Source: Squalus acanthias (taxonomy: Eukaryota). Taken from it: DNA of 64,000 nucleotides. The stretch spans positions 85,004,001 through 85,068,000 of the forward strand of contig CM059432.1 in assembly GCA_030390025.1 (NCBI GenBank), in the 5' to 3' direction. The notes under the pieces are model-generated. The model searched no databases and was not told the DNA's origin. It saw nothing but the letters and a program-made list of their open reading frames with translations. The stretch's first letter is position 1. Every line of letters begins with the position of its first letter. Of this stretch, positions 37,564 through 51,600 are shown piece after piece. The translations under genes were made by a program, and so were the position numbers.

Positions 37564-38695
37564 ATGACTAACTCTCCAGTTTGGCCAGTTAGAGAACCGG
37601 ATGACAGTTGCCGACTGTCTATTGACTACCGCAAACTCAACTCAGTCACCCTCACGTGTGCCCCGGTGGTTTGGGAGACACCCACCCTACTCTCCCAGAT
37701 TCCCAGTGGCAGTACTGTCTTCTCCATCCTCGATATCGCTAATGGTTTTTGGAGTATCCCAGTAAGACAGGAAGATCAGTTCAAATTTGCATTTACCTTC
37801 AACGACCAGAGTTATACCTGGACGTGCCTGCCACAAGGGTTCCATAATGCCCCCACCATTTTCCACAAATTTATGGCAGGGGTCCTGAAGAGCTTTTCAC
37901 AGCCCTCCTGCTTCCTTCAATGGCCTGAAAATTAGACCTAATACGCGAGAGTACGCACTGTGTACTCTCGCGTATTAGGTCCCGAATTGCCGGTTTCCTG
38001 CATGCACTGCACATGCGCGGGAAACTGGCACTTCGTGTATTGCAAAGGGGGCGGTTCCTAAGTGAACCGCGTGCGCACTACAGGTTGTGCGCACGCAGTG
38101 CACTTAGTTTTCTTTTCAGGTTTGAACGCGCAGGTAAGTGGTGAAGATTTTACACATAAAGAAAGCAGGCGTAGGACCCCCTTTTAACAAGGTAAGTAGT
38201 TAATTAAGTGTTATTTTAAATTTTTTTCAACAGGTTTATCTTTTTTAGAGACTTTAAAGAAAGGTAAGTTTATTTTTATAACTTTTAAAAAGATTTTAAA
38301 TTTTTTCAAAAATTTAATTTTTTGTTTAAAGTGGTTAATTTATTTAACTATAGTTATTTTATTAATGTGATAGTTTTTTTTTTATTGAATTGAGGTTTAG
38401 CTGTTCTTTTGGGGGCTTGTAGTATTCATAGCTTTGACTGCCCTTGCTGTCAAAACTATGAATGAAAGATGGTGTGCTGCCATTGGCTCTAACTGAATCA
38501 CGTGATCCCAGAGCTCGCACAAACTAATTGCGCCTCTGGGACACGCAAGCACTGCACGGTTGCAACAGGAAGAGGCCCTGAAACTGAAGTTCGTGTGGGC
38601 CCGGAGCAAAAAGGTAGGCGCGGAGTGCAATATCGCGGGGAATCGATGTTTAATTTCTGGGCCAATATGTTGATGATCTCCTGCTTGCCACCACA
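37564..38695 (+). pseudogene. RT fragment related to the provirus RT, split by a MITE
   Basis: NSPVWPV, DYRKLN, LDIANGFWSIP, LPQGFHNAP; CFLQ|YVDDLLLAT rejoins across the MITE. Confidence 0.9.
37922..38663. mobile_element. About 740-bp Harbinger-type MITE with AT-rich core and hairpins
   Basis: TIRs GGCCTGAAAATT / AATTTCTGGGCC; AAT TSD; inverted relative to the copies at 43529, 58613 and 61595. Confidence 0.9.
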
Positions 38696-39221
38696 GGCCA
38701 TGTCCAACATTTAACCTTCCGACATGCCAGCTTCGGCTTAACACCTCCGCCAGCTCGGGAGACGACCAAAGAGGAAGAGACCGCTGCCGCAGGCTGCAAG
38801 GATGCGGGACTACCGTTCTACCTCAACCTCCGTCCATTCCGGGGCCGGTAAACCATTCTCATCTGTTACGGGTTGTATGTCTACTATTGCCTGCTGTACT
38901 TAACTTAAACTGCCGCTCCTTAATAAAGTGACCTATGACTCCTAAGACCCTTTGGGTAATCTGTGTGTGACCTGTGATCCAAAATCTTACAATGTTGTAG
39001 TCCTATTTTTGACCTGTGGTCCTAAGAATGCTGCTTCCCTGCTGGGAGTGCAGGATTGCACCCTAATCCCCATGGTACTTCCTAAAGAAACCAAACGTGA
39101 GTTGCCAATTTACTACATTAATGTCAGGTGGAATAAATTACAAACTGTAGTGTATGTCAGATGCTAATCCTCGAGGCAACAACTGGAGGGCCAGTCATTC
39201 AATTGAGCTATTTGTGTGTAG

Positions 39222-39526
39222 ACACATAGACATAAGAAGTAAGAGCAGGAGTAGGCCATACGGCCCCTAGAGCCTGCTCCACCATTCAATAAGATCATGG
39301 CTGATCATCGAACTCAACTCCACTTTCCCGCCCGATCCCCATATCCCTTGATTCCCCATGAGTCCAAAAATCTATCTATCTCAGCCTTGAATGGACTCAA
39401 AGACTCAGCATCCACAGCCCTCTAGGGCAGAGAATTCCAAAGATTCACAACCCTCTGAGTGAAGAAATTACTCCTCATCTCAGTCCTAAATGGCCGACCC
39501 CTTATCCTGAGACTATGCCCCCTAGT
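39222..39526 (-). mobile_element. Short CR1 3' fragment
   Basis: Nearly identical to 6410-6705. Confidence 0.9.
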
Positions 39527-42500
39527 ATGTATTGTCTGGTGCTTATTGTAATTAATATCTGAAATAAAGAAAGTTGATAACTGATATCAAGTCCGAATCC
39601 GATGATTATTTAAGATATCTTAAACATGTCACCAGCAGCAAATATAACCAACGTTCCCTCTAAGCTGCAAGCGTGTGTGGCTGCGTAGCAATTGTGAAGA
39701 TAGTGCGCAGGCCGCTCACAAGCTGTTCAATAACAACAACAACAACTTGTATTTATATAGTGCCTTTAACGTAGTAAAACTTCCCAAGGTGCTTCACAGG
39801 AGTGTTATAAAACAAAAAATTTGACACCTAGCCATATAAGGAGAAATTAAGGCAGGTGACCAAAAGCTTGGTCAAAGAGGTAGGTTTTAAGGAGCGTCTT
39901 AAAGGAGGAAAGAGAGGTAGAGAGACGGAGAGGTTTAGGGAGTGAATTCCAGAGCTTAGGGCCCAGGCAACAGAAGGCACGGCCACCAATGGTTGAGCGA
40001 TTATAATCAGGGATGCTCAAGAGAGCAGAATTTGAGGAGCGCAGATATCTTGGGGGGTTGTGGGGCTGGAGGAGATTACAGAGATAGGGAGGGACGAGGC
40101 CATGGAGGGATGTGAAAACAAGGATGAGAATTTTGAAATCGAGGCATTGCTTAACCAGGAGCCAATGTAGGTTAGCGAGCACAGGGGTGATGGGTGAACG
40201 GGACTTGGTGCAAGCTAGGACAAGGGCAGCCGAGTTTTGGATGACCTCAAGTTTACGTAGGGTAGTACGTGGGAGGCCAGCCAGGAGTGTGTTAGAATAG
40301 ACAAGTCTTGAGGTAACAAAGGCATGGATGAGGGTTTCAGCAGCAGATTAGCTGAGGCAAGAGCGGAGACAGTTGATGTTACGGAGGTGGAAATAGGCGG
40401 TCTTAGTTATGCCGTGGATATGTGGTCAGAAGCTCATTTCAGGGTCAAATATGACACCAAGGTTGCAAACAGTGTGGTTCAACCTCAGACAGATGTTAGG
40501 GAGAGGAATGGATTCAGTGGCTAGTGAAAAGAGTTTGTGGCGGGGACCGAAAACAATGGCTTCGATCTTCCCAATATTTAATTGGAGAAAATTTCTGCGT
40601 TCCAGAACTGGATGTCGGACAAGCAGTCTGACAATTTAGAGACCGTGGAGGGGTCGATAGAAGTGGTGGTGAAGTAGAGCTGGGTGTCATCAGCGTACAT
40701 AGGATTACATAGGATATACGGCACAGAAACAGGCCATTCAGCCCAACTAGTCCATGCCGGCGTTTATGCTCCACTCGAGCCTCCTCCCGTCTTTCGACAT
40801 CTAACTCTAGCAGCATAACCCTCTATTCCCTTCTCCCTCATATGCTTATCTAACCGCCCCTTAAATGCATCTATGCTATTCGCTTCAACCACTCCCAGTG
40901 GTAGCGAGTTCCACATTCTCGCCACTCTTTGGGTAAAGAGGTTTCTTTCTGAATTCCCTGTTTGATTTCTTGGTGACTATCTTATATTGATGGCCTCTAG
41001 TTTTGCTCTTCCCCACAAGTGGAAACACTCTCTCTGTATCTACTCTATCAAAACCTTCCATGATTTTAAAGACCTCTATTAGGTCACCCTTCAGCCTTCC
41101 CTTTTCAAGAGAAAAGAGATACAGCCCGTTCATCCTTTCCTGATAGGTATACCCTCGCATTTCTGCCATCATCCTTGTAAATCTTCTCTGCACCCTCTCC
41201 AGTGCCTCTATATCCTTTTTATAATATGGTGACCAGAATTGTATGCAGTACTCCAAGTGTGGTCTAACCAATGTTCGATACAAGTTTAGCATAACTTCAC
41301 TACTTTTCAATTCTATCCCTCTAGAAATAAACCCTAGTGCTTGGTTTGCTTTTTTTAAGTCCTTGTTAACCTGTATCAATACTTTTAGTGATTTGTGTAT
41401 TTGCACTCTGAGATCCCTTTGCTCCTCTACCCCACTTCGACTCTTATTTTCCAAGTAATATGTAACCTCCCTATTTTTCCTACTAAAATGTAATACCTCA
41501 CATTCATCTGTGTTGAACTTCATTTGCCAATTATATGCCCATCCTGCAAGTTTTTAATGTCTTCCTGTAATTTGTTGCAGTCTTCCTCAGTATTGATTAT
41601 CCCCCCCAATTTGGTGTCATCCGAAAATATAGAAATTGTGTTTTTGATTCCAAAGTCTAAATCATTATTATAAATTGTGAACAACTGTGGTCCTAGCACT
41701 GATCCTTGTGGAACACCACTTCCCACCTTCTGCCACTCTGAGTAGCTACCCTTTAACCCTACTCTCTGCTTTCTGTCTTGAAGCCAGGTAGCTATCCATT
41801 CTGCTACTTGTCCCTTGACTCTGCATTCCCTGACCTTATTCATTAGTCTACTATGTGGTACCTTATTGAAGGCCTTTTGAAAATCTAGATAAGTGATATC
41901 TAGTGCATTACCCTCGTCTACTCTCTCTGTTACCTCTTCAAAAAATTCAATGAGGTTGGTCAAGCAAGACTTTCCCTTTTGAAATCCATGCTGACTAATT
42001 ATTATTATATTTTTGGTTTCTAGATGTTCTTACATTTTCTCCTTTAGTAGGGATTCCATTATTTTTCCTACCACCGATGTTAAGCTGACTGGTCTATAGT
42101 TCCCTGGACATGTTCTATCTCCCTTCTTAAATATAGGTATTATGTTAGTTATCCGCCAGTCCTCTGGCACTACACCTTTTTTTAATGAATTACTAAATAT
42201 GTGTGGTAATGCCTCTGCTATCTCTTCCCTGATTCTTTTAAAATGCACGGATGTAATCCGTCCGGACCAGGGTTTTATCCTCTTTGAGTTTCATTAGTTT
42301 ATTTCATATATCTCCTCATTTTATTTTAAATGCAGTTATCTCATTACTAATCTCATCCTCTGATGTCATCTCCACCTGTTCTATCTCCCTGGTAAATACT
42401 GAAGCAAAGTAATTATTTAATATCTCTGCCATCTCTATCGCTGCCTGTGGTATTATCCTGTCCATCCCTTAATGGCCCTATTCCCATCCTGACCTTCCTT

Positions 42501-43528
42501 TTTTTAATTACGTGCTTGTAAAATATTTTACTATTTTGTTTTATGTTCCTTGGAACATAGGAACATAGGAACAGAAGTAGGTCATTCAGCCCCTCGAGCC
42601 TGCTCCGCCATTCAATGAGACCATGGCTGATCTGCGATCTAACTCCATATACCCGCCTTTTACCCATATCCCTTAATACCTTAGGTTAACAAAAAGCTAT
42701 CAATCTCCAATTTAAAATTAACAATTGATCTAGCATCAATTGCCGTTTGCGGAAGAGAGTTCCAAACTTCTACCACCCTTTGTGTGTAGAAGTATTTCCT
42801 AATTTCACTTCTGAAAGGTCTGGCTCTAATTTTTAGAGTATGCCCTCTAGTCCTAGAATCCCCAACCAGCGGAAATAGTTTCTCTCTATCTACCCTATCT
42901 GTTCCCCTTAATATCTTGAAAACTTCGATCAGATCACTGCTTAACCTTCTAAATTCTAGGGAATACAAGCCTAATTTGTGTAATCTCTCCTCGTAACTTA
43001 ACCCTTGAAGTCCGGTAATCATTCTGGTAAACCTACGCTGCACTCCCTCCAAGGTCAATATATCCTTCCTAAGGTGTGGTGCCCAGAACTGCTCACAGTA
43101 CTCCAGGTGTGGTCTAACCAGGGCTTTGTATAGCTGCAGCATAACTTCTACCCCCTTGTACTCTAGTCCTCTAGATATAAAGGCCAGCATTCCATTAGCC
43201 TTTCTGATTATTTTCTGTACCTGTTCATGACATTTTAATGATCTATGTACCTGAACACCCAAGTCTTTTTGGACATCCACTGTTTTTAGCTTTTTACCAT
43301 TTGGAAAGTACCCTGTTCTATCTTTTTTTAGGTCCAAAGTGGATGACCTCACATTTGCCTACGTTGATATCTATTTGCCACAGTTTTGCCCATTCACTTA
43401 ATCTATCAATATCCCTTTGCAATTTTATGCTTTCATCTACACTGCCTACAATGCCGCCTATCTTTGTGTCATCGGCAAATTTGGACATATGACTTTCTGT
43501 GGCATCATCTAAGTCGTTAATACATATT

Positions 43529-44271
43529 GGCCCAGAAATTGATCTCGCTCTGTTCCCGCGGGGGTAAGGCTTCCCCGCGATCTCTCACTCCGCTTGTGCT
43601 TTTTCAGATCCAGCTCGCACGAACTTGATGTTCCAGACATCAGCTGGGCAGTGCTTGCGTATCCCACCGGCGTAGTGAATTTGTGCGAGCTGTGGGATCA
43701 CGTGACTCAGTTAGAGCCAATGGCAGCACACCATCTTCCATTCATAAGTTTCACATACGTGCTATGAAATCTATGAATCTTACACCCCCCCAAAATAACA
43801 GCTAAACCTCAATTAAATTTTTTTAAAAAACCATCACATTAATAAAATAAGTATAGTTAAATAAATTAACCATTTTAAATAAAAAATTAAATTTTTGAAA
43901 AATTTAAAATCTTTTAAAAAGTTATAAAAATAAACTTACCTGTCTTTAAAGTCTCTAAAAAAGATATACCTGTTAAAAAAAATTCAAAAAAATACTTAAT
44001 TCACTACTTACCTTGTTAAAAGTGGGTCTTACTCCTCCTTTTTCCATTTCTAAAATTTTCCGTACTTACCTGCGCGTCCAAAGCATGAAGTACACAGCGT
44101 GCGCGCAGCCTGTAGCGTGCACGCGATGCACCGAGGAACCGCCCCCTTTTCAAAAGACCAATTGCCGGTTTTCAGCGCATGCGCAGGGCATGCAGAAAAC
44201 CGGCAATTGGAGTGGGAATACGCGAGAGTACGCACTGCGTACTCTCGCGTCGCAGGATGAATTTTTGGCCC
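43529..44271. mobile_element. About 740-bp MITE copy
   Basis: GGCCCAGAAATT / AATTTTTGGCCC; ATT TSD. Confidence 0.9.
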
Positions 44272-45247
44272 ATTGTGAATAGTTGTGGCCCTTACACAGA
44301 TCCCTGCGGGACACCACTAGTCAGATCCTGCCAATTTGAGTCCCTACCCATTATCTCTACTCTCTGTCTCTTGCCGCGCAGCCAATTTCCTAACCAGGTC
44401 AATAATTTGCCCTCAATTCCGTGGGCTTCTACCTTAGATAACAATCTCTTATGTGGGACTTTATCAAATGCCTTCTGGAAGTCCATATAAATAACATCCA
44501 TAGACATTCCCCTGTCCACTACTTTAGTCACCTCTTCAAAAAATTCAATCAGGTTTGTCAGGCATGACCTACTTTCACAAATCCATGCTGACTCTCTCTG
44601 ATAAAATGAAAATTTTCGAGGTGTTCAGTCACCCTATCCTTAATTATAGACTCTAGCAATTTCCCGACAACAGATGTTAGGCTAACTGGTCTATAATTCC
44701 CTGGTGTCCTTCTCTCACCATTCTTAAAAAGCGGAGTGACATGCACAATTTTCCAATCTAAAGGGATGGTTCCTGAATCTAGAGACCTTTGAAAGATTAT
44801 AGTTAGGGCATCTGCAATGTGTTCACCTACTTCCTTTAAAACCCTGGGATGGAAACCATGTGGCCCTGGGGATTTGTCACTCTTTAGTGCCATTATTTTC
44901 TTCATTACTGTTATTTTACTTACGTTAAATTTATTGGGGGTGAAATTGGGTATCGCCCCGTTTGGGGCGCTAACTTTTGAAATTTTGAAAATTTAGCACC
45001 AGGCGCAAAGGATTCTGAACTTCTACTAAATTGGGTGTTAGCGCCCCAGGAAGGAAGGAAGTGGGGCACTAAATCAAGCGCTAATGACCTCAGTGGGGTG
45101 CTACAGGGGCACTAATGAATTTCAGGTGCAATGCATTCAGCAATGATTCTTCACACTGGTTCCTTCCAGTTCTTAAAGGGGAGGTTACATCATTGTGCAG
45201 ATGCTCATTTTCAGCATTGCTGGCTTTGAGGCGACCTGAATCCCCTG

Positions 45248-47328
45248 ATGGCTGTGGCTGTTCCCACTCCCAGGGAGCGAGCTTGTCGGTTCACAGACGT
45301 GGCATTGGAGGCTGGAGTGGAGCGAAGGAGGCAATGCTGTTCCCAGCCACTGGAAGGAGGCCAATGCTGTTCCCAGCCACTGGAAGGAGGTCAATGCTGT
45401 TCCCAGCCACTGGAAGGAGGTCAATGCTGTTCCCAGCCACTGGAAGGAGGCCAATGCTGTTCCCAGCCACTGGAAGGAGGCCAATGCTGTTCCCAGCCAC
45501 TGGAAGGAGGCCAATGCTGTTCCCAGCCACTGGAAGGAGGCCATCGCCTCAGGTGTTCAGGGCAATGTGGAGGGAAGTGGCCCAGGAGGTTTCAGCCAGT
45601 AGTGTGGTGGAATGCAGCCTGCCACAGTGCCGCAAGAAATTCAAAAACCTCAGTCGGGTGGTCAATGAATTTCAGGTGCAATGAGTACATGCTCCTACAT
45701 ACCAGCATCTGAACCTCAGTCTGTGCACACTGCGCTAACAACCACACCACCACCACTCACCCACCAAACATCTTCACCTACTCAAACTCACATCCACATC
45801 TCATGCCTTGCCTACAATCACAGCTATTCAACGACAGCAGGCATATCTCCCAAACACATAGCTGGACTCTGACTCAAACACATTTGTTTCTCTTACAGGC
45901 CAAGATGGCCCACATTAAGAGGAAGCAGCAGAGAACAGGTGGGGGTGATGCGCAGCCCCAGCAGCTCTCAGATCTTGAGGAGCGAGTGCTGCGATTCATT
46001 GGGCAGCAGGTGGTGGGCACCATGGCCGTCGGCAACATCGACCCGGGTTGGGGGCAAAAACGGTATCTTCAGCCCCTCTCCTTCTCTCATCCCACTTCCC
46101 CCTCACACCACAAACCTTTCCCACTTGCCGCCTCCTGAGAATGCCTGGATTCCTTGCTCCATTCCTGACCCCCTGCCCTCACCTTAACGCAAGTCTTGTG
46201 CCTTTATGCTTTCAGATAATTAGCAATCAGATGACCAGCATGTCCCTGAGCCCCTCACTGAGAGTGAGGAAGAAGAGGAGGAGGAGCTAAACACCGCATC
46301 ACTGCATCTCTCACCCGCAGGCACCACCTCATATACTGGCACCACGCAATCTTTAGAGGCAGGTTTAGTAGAGGAGTCTACACTGGGTGATGCACCGGGG
46401 ACGAGCGGGCTGCAGCAAGACCAGGGGGAAAGGGTAATTCGGGAGCCAGCTCCCCGGAGGGCGAGTTCGCGCATGAGTTCTGCTGCACAGGACTCAGATG
46501 AGGACCTCGATGGGGAGGCATTCACAAGAAGGGTGATGGCCATGCACACAGAGATGATAGATGCAATGGCAAGGGTGCCAAAGAGCCTCTCGGTAAGAGT
46601 AAGGAACGTGGAGGAGTCCACCTCCAGCATTGCACAAAGCCCTGCGCACACCATGGAGCCCATTGTTTCCACTGTGCAGAGGATAGTGGACTCCCAGAGA
46701 CCGTGCGGAGCCAGACCTCATGACACATGTCATGGGCGATGTGGCAGCTTCCATTGCAACACAGACGGAAGTGACGCAATGTCTTAGTGCTGTAATGCAG
46801 TCAATGGTTGGTGGCATCGAATCTCAGACTGCTCTCATGCAGTCTCAGCTTGATACCACAAAAGCTCAGACTGCTGCCATCATCGCTGGCTCCACCACAG
46901 TCCACCGGGGATCTCACGGTGTCGCAGCAGGCCTGCAATCTGTGCTCCAGCAGATTGGTAGGGATGCTGCGGTGCTGCCCCGAGGGAGTGGGAGTGGGTC
47001 AGTGGAGCAGGAACCTGCTGTCCTCTCTCAGGATGACAGCATTCCTGATCCCACCACTGTCACTCCGCCATTGCACTTGTCGCTACCTGTCATCCAGCCA
47101 GCCCAGACTGCCGTAGCCCAGCCTGAAGTGGTGCAGTCTACAGCCGGGCCTTCCAGGCCCAGTGCTGGTCGAGGGCGTCCTGCAAAGCCATCTGTAGTCT
47201 CTGGCACCGACACTCAGCAGCCTTCCACCAGCCCTGCTGCAGCCACTGGGGAGACACTATGTAGGAGCACTAGATTAGGAAAGGGGACAGTAAAGAGGGG
47301 TGGCAAGGATTTGCACAAGGGTAATTAG
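45248..47328 (+). pseudogene. Harbinger Myb/SANT-like gene, multi-exon, disrupted
   Basis: RERACRFTDVALE..., WREVAQEVSASSVVECSLPQCRKKFKNL; exon 2 KMAHIKRKQQRTGGG. Confidence 0.85.
45332..45540 (+). repeat. 7 x 30-bp tandem repeat (CAATGCTGTTCCCAGCCACTGGAAGGAGGY)
   Basis: Near-perfect units counted directly. Confidence 0.97.
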
Positions 47329-47493
47329 TCAATATTGTTGTTGCATATATGTGGTTAATGGTTTTTGATAATTTTTTTACTGGAATGTTGCCGATTTGGT
47401 GCTGTGTCTCATTTCAGTTCTGGGGTGTGGCATGGAATCACAAAGTGATGGAATGATGGCGACGTGCTCAGCAATCGGAAAGAGGTCTCGAAG

Positions 47494-48600
47494 TTACTGG
47501 AAACAAAGTCTGATGAGGCGGTCACGGATCGACCTTGCAGAACGCCAATTCAGTGGCTGCCTCCTCCGTTGCTGCTGTTCGTCCTCCTGTTCCTCCTGCT
47601 CCTCTTCTTCCTCCTCCTCCTCCTCCTCCACCTCCTCATCCTCGTCCTCCTCCTCCTGAGGTGGTGGAGTTATGCCTGGTGGCAATGGCTGTGCCCTCAT
47701 AATGGCCAAGTTGTGCAGCATGCAGCAGACATAGACTAAAAGTGACACCCGCTCAGCCGAGTACTGGAGGGCTCCTTCCGAGCAGTCAAGGCAGCGGAAC
47801 CATTGCTTGAGCACTCCGATGGTCTGCTCAATGATGTTCCTGGTGGCAGCATGGCTCTCATTATATGAGTGCTGGGCACGAGTGTTGGGGTTGCGGAGGG
47901 GAGCCATGAGCCAGGTGGAGAGTGGATAGCCCTTGTCTCCCAGCAGCTAGCCGTAAGCTTGATGTGGTGGCTGGAATAGATCTGGCACACCGGTCTGGCA
48001 GCGCAGGATGAAGCATCGTGGCTGCTGCCAGAATAGCAGGCACTGACGGTCAGGATTCGCCGTGTGTGGTCAAACACCAACTGCACATTAAGTGGGTGGT
48101 AGACTTTGCGGTTACGGAATACCTCAGGATTGTTATGAGCTGCCCGCAAAGCGATGTGGGTGCAGTCAATGGCGCCCTGCACCATGGGGAAGCCCGCTAT
48201 GCTGGCAAAGTCACATGCACGCTTGCACTGCTTCTCTCTGGTCATGGGGAAGAAAATGTATTCCCTTCTCCTTCTGTACAGAGCATCTGTGACCTGGCGG
48301 ATGGAGCCGTGGACGGAAAACTGGGAGATGTTGGAGATGTCGCATGTCGCACACTGGAAGAATCCGCTGGCGTAGAAATTGAGGGCGACAGTGACTTTGA
48401 TTGCCACTGAGAGAGCCGTGGTGATCCTGATCTCTGGCTTGAGATCTGGCTGCAGAGCTCTGTGACCACGTCCTTGCCGAAACGGAGCCTTCGAACACGC
48501 TGGTCCTCAGTGAAATTCATGTAGGAGAACTACTGCCAGAATACCCTGGGTGGGTAAGGCCTCCTGTTGAGAACCCTGTTGACCCTCCTACCTCTGGCCA
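47494..48600 (-). pseudogene. Harbinger DDE transposase, frameshifted, with acidic C-terminal tail
   Basis: [55 protein letters not shown], poly-E. Confidence 0.9.
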
Positions 48601-51600
48601 CATTTTGCACTCTTTCTCTGTGCTCAGTTGCCTCCACATTGACACTGGAGGGCGAAGTACAGTGACAGTACAGCCCTTATGAAAGGATACAAATATTGCA
48701 CTTTCAAATCTCCCCTCAATGAAACTCAATAATCTTTATGTGCCAGAACACTCGTTAAAATGCAAAACACTCAAATCGGGTCACAAGGCCTCTTTGCCTA
48801 TGTGAAACTAACAATGAAGAATTGTCGGCCAATGAAAACTACACCGGATGTGGACGCCTTTAAATAACGCTCCTCCAGGGGACAGCCGACTAAAAGCCGC
48901 CTCCTCTACCTGTCATTGTTAACAGCAGGCGCACAAGCAGGGGACGAGAGGGAATTTTTCATCCGGGGCGCTGCGCACGGCAATGACGTCACGATCTCCG
49001 GACGCAGAAAATCGGGGCACAATGTCTTACCACCGCCACAAAACTCCTGCCGAATTTAGCAGAAGGCATTAATATCGCTGCGCCTGGTTGCAAACCCATT
49101 TGCGCCCCGCGTTAGCGACGCTGGAGGCACTAACGGGAGGCACAAAGGAGCCCAATTTCTAGCCCTATGAGTCCCTGTCCCCAATTCAATATTAGTTTCT
49201 TTGGGATTTCTGGCATGCTATCCTCTTCTTCTACTGTAAATACTGACGCAAAGTAATTATTCAACATGTCCGCCATTTCCCCATTGTCAATGGCAATATC
49301 ACCACTTTTAGTTTTTAAGGGGCCAACATTGCTCCTGACCACCCTCTTTTTCCTAATGTAACTGTAAAAATTCTTTGTTATGATTTTGATCTCCCTTGCA
49401 AGTTTCTTTTCATACTCCCTTTTTGTAGCTCTTACTATCTGTTTTGTGACCCTTTGCTGTTCTTTGTATCTTTCCCATTTGCCAGGATCTGTGTTATTTT
49501 TTGCATTTTTGTATGCCCTTTCCTTTAGTTTTATGCTGTCTCTTACCTCTTTCGTTGTCCATGGCTGTTTTTTTTGGCAAGTAGAGCTTTTGCCCCTCAG
49601 GGGTATAAACTGGTTCTGTATCACATTAAGTTCTTTTTTAAACATCTCCCACTGATCATCTGTCGTTTTACCCATTAATAGATTTGCCCTGTTTACTGTG
49701 GACAGTCTCTGCCTCATCCCGTTGAAGTCGGCCTTACCTAAATCTAGCATCTTAGTAGCTGTTTCGTCTTTCTCCCTTTCAAATGCTATGTAGAACTCGA
49801 TCATTTTATGGTCACTATTGGATAAATGTTCATGCACAGTTAGGCTGTTAACTAAATCTGCCTCATTACTCATTACTAAATCTAATATGGCATACCCCCT
49901 TGTTGGTTCTAGACATATTGTTGTAGAAAACTGTCCCGGACACGCTCAATAAATTCACTACCTTTCTGATAGGTGCAAGTCTGCTTATCCCAATCTATAT
50001 GAAAGTTAAAATCCCCCATTAAAACCACACTGCCTTTACAACATGCTTGTCTAACCCCTGCATTTATACAATCTAGCACTGCAGAGCTGCTACCAGAGGG
50101 CCTATGCATAACTCCCACGACAGTCTTAGATCCTTTCCTATTTCTTAATTGAACCCATAAGGTCTCCATTGGCTGCGTACCTCTCTTTAAATCCTCTCAT
50201 CATTGAAGTGATTTCATCTTTAATCATTAAGGCTACTCCTCCCCCTCTGCCATTTTCCCTATCTGTCCTGTAGACCTTATAACCTGGTATATTTAGTTCC
50301 CAGTCCTGACTGTTTTGCAGCCATGCTTCAGTAATGGCTACCATGTCATACCCTCCAATTTGAATTTGTGCCTGCAGTTCATTCAATTTATTCCTTATAC
50401 TACATGCATTTGTATAAAGAACGCTTATTTGGATCATACACCCTAGCCTGTCCTTCAGCTCTGATGTTTTACTCACATGTTTTTTATTTCTCTCTCCTGG
50501 TTTAATTGCTTTACATCTTTTAGTTTTCCCCTTACCTGTAGTGCCTAAAGCACAATTTCTGACTGCTACTCTACTCTCTTCCCTTTTGTTTGTTTTTGAA
50601 CTAATATTTGTACTATTTGCACTACAGTTTCCACCTGAGCCCTCCCCCCATTTACTAGTTTAAAGTCCTTGTGACCGCCCTATTTATCCTTTCCGCTAGG
50701 ATCCTTGATAATTTAATTTCATAGTTCCTCTTTGCCTTCCTAATTGTTTTTTTGACTTCTCTCCTAATCTCTTCATATTCTCCCTTATCATGCTCTCCCC
50801 TGCTTTCCCCTGCTTTCCATGTACTTAATGTATGCCTTTTTCCTTACCCTCAATTTTTCCCTTATGGCTTTATTCATCCACAGTGTCTCATTAGTGTTTA
50901 GCTTGTTCCTGTTTTTTAGCTAAATATATTTTTCCTGGACTCTGTTTTAAATGTTTCCCATTGCTGTTCTATGTCACTGTTTGTCAATATTGTTGTCCAT
51001 TTTATTTTGCCAAGTTCTATTCTGAGCCCCTCAAAATCAGCTTTTCTCCAATCTTTTACCCCAGTTTTTGTCATACTTATGTCTTTCTCAATTATTATCT
51101 GAAAGTGTATTATATTTTGGTCACTATTGCCTAGATCTTCCCCTACTTTTACTTTTCTTATCTGCTCTGGTTAATTCCCTATTACTAGATCCAATAGCGA
51201 ATCCTCTCGTTGGGTTTTTTACATATTGGGTTAGAAAGGAGTCCTGTACACATTGTAGGAAATTCATTTCCTTATCCCCTTTACCTACTTCTGTCCAATT
51301 AATATCTGGGTACTTGAAATCCCCCATGATTATTATTCTATATTTTTTACTAATTTCCCTAATTTGTTTGCATATTTCTTCCTCCACCTCCCTTCCACTA
51401 TTAGGTGGTCTGTAAACTACCCCTATTAGTGTGATTGATTCTTTACTATCTTTTATCTCTATCCACATGGATTCTATTTTTGTTTTGCTGATAGCTGCAT
51501 CACTTTGTTCTACTGTCATTATGTTATCCCTAATAAGTACAGCTACTCCACCTCCCTTTTTCCATCTCTATCTTTTCTAAATATGTTATACCCTGCAATG

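Larger units (their letters stand above)
36972..38991 (+). mobile_element. Heavily deleted second LTR retroelement: partial LTR, RT fragment, partial LTR
   Basis: TGTAAGA...TCTTACA termini; ACGT/ATGT TSD; TATATAA near 37240; AATAAA near 38922; about 200 bp duplicated (37360-37560, 38722-38915). Confidence 0.85.
44936..49165. mobile_element. Third PIF/Harbinger family: formerly autonomous 4.2-kb element
   Basis: TIRs GGGGGTGAAATTGGG / CCCAATTTCTAGCCC; Myb gene on +, transposase on -; flanks rejoin as CR1. Confidence 0.9.
42553..50701 (-). mobile_element. Second CR1 (whole ORF2 region) nested in the first
   Basis: TCCTTG TSD (42547-42552, 50702-50707); GGAACATA tail; APE and RT motifs in ORFs from 50476 to 42681. 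Confidence 0.92.

Noticed and set aside
38660..40700. Targeting of RT catalytic motifs (MITE beside YVDD, CR1 within MYADD)
   Set aside because: Two events by unrelated mechanisms; coincidence is sufficient
45332..45540. CRISPR-like 30-bp repeats
   Set aside because: Head-to-tail with no spacers, no cas genes, vertebrate context
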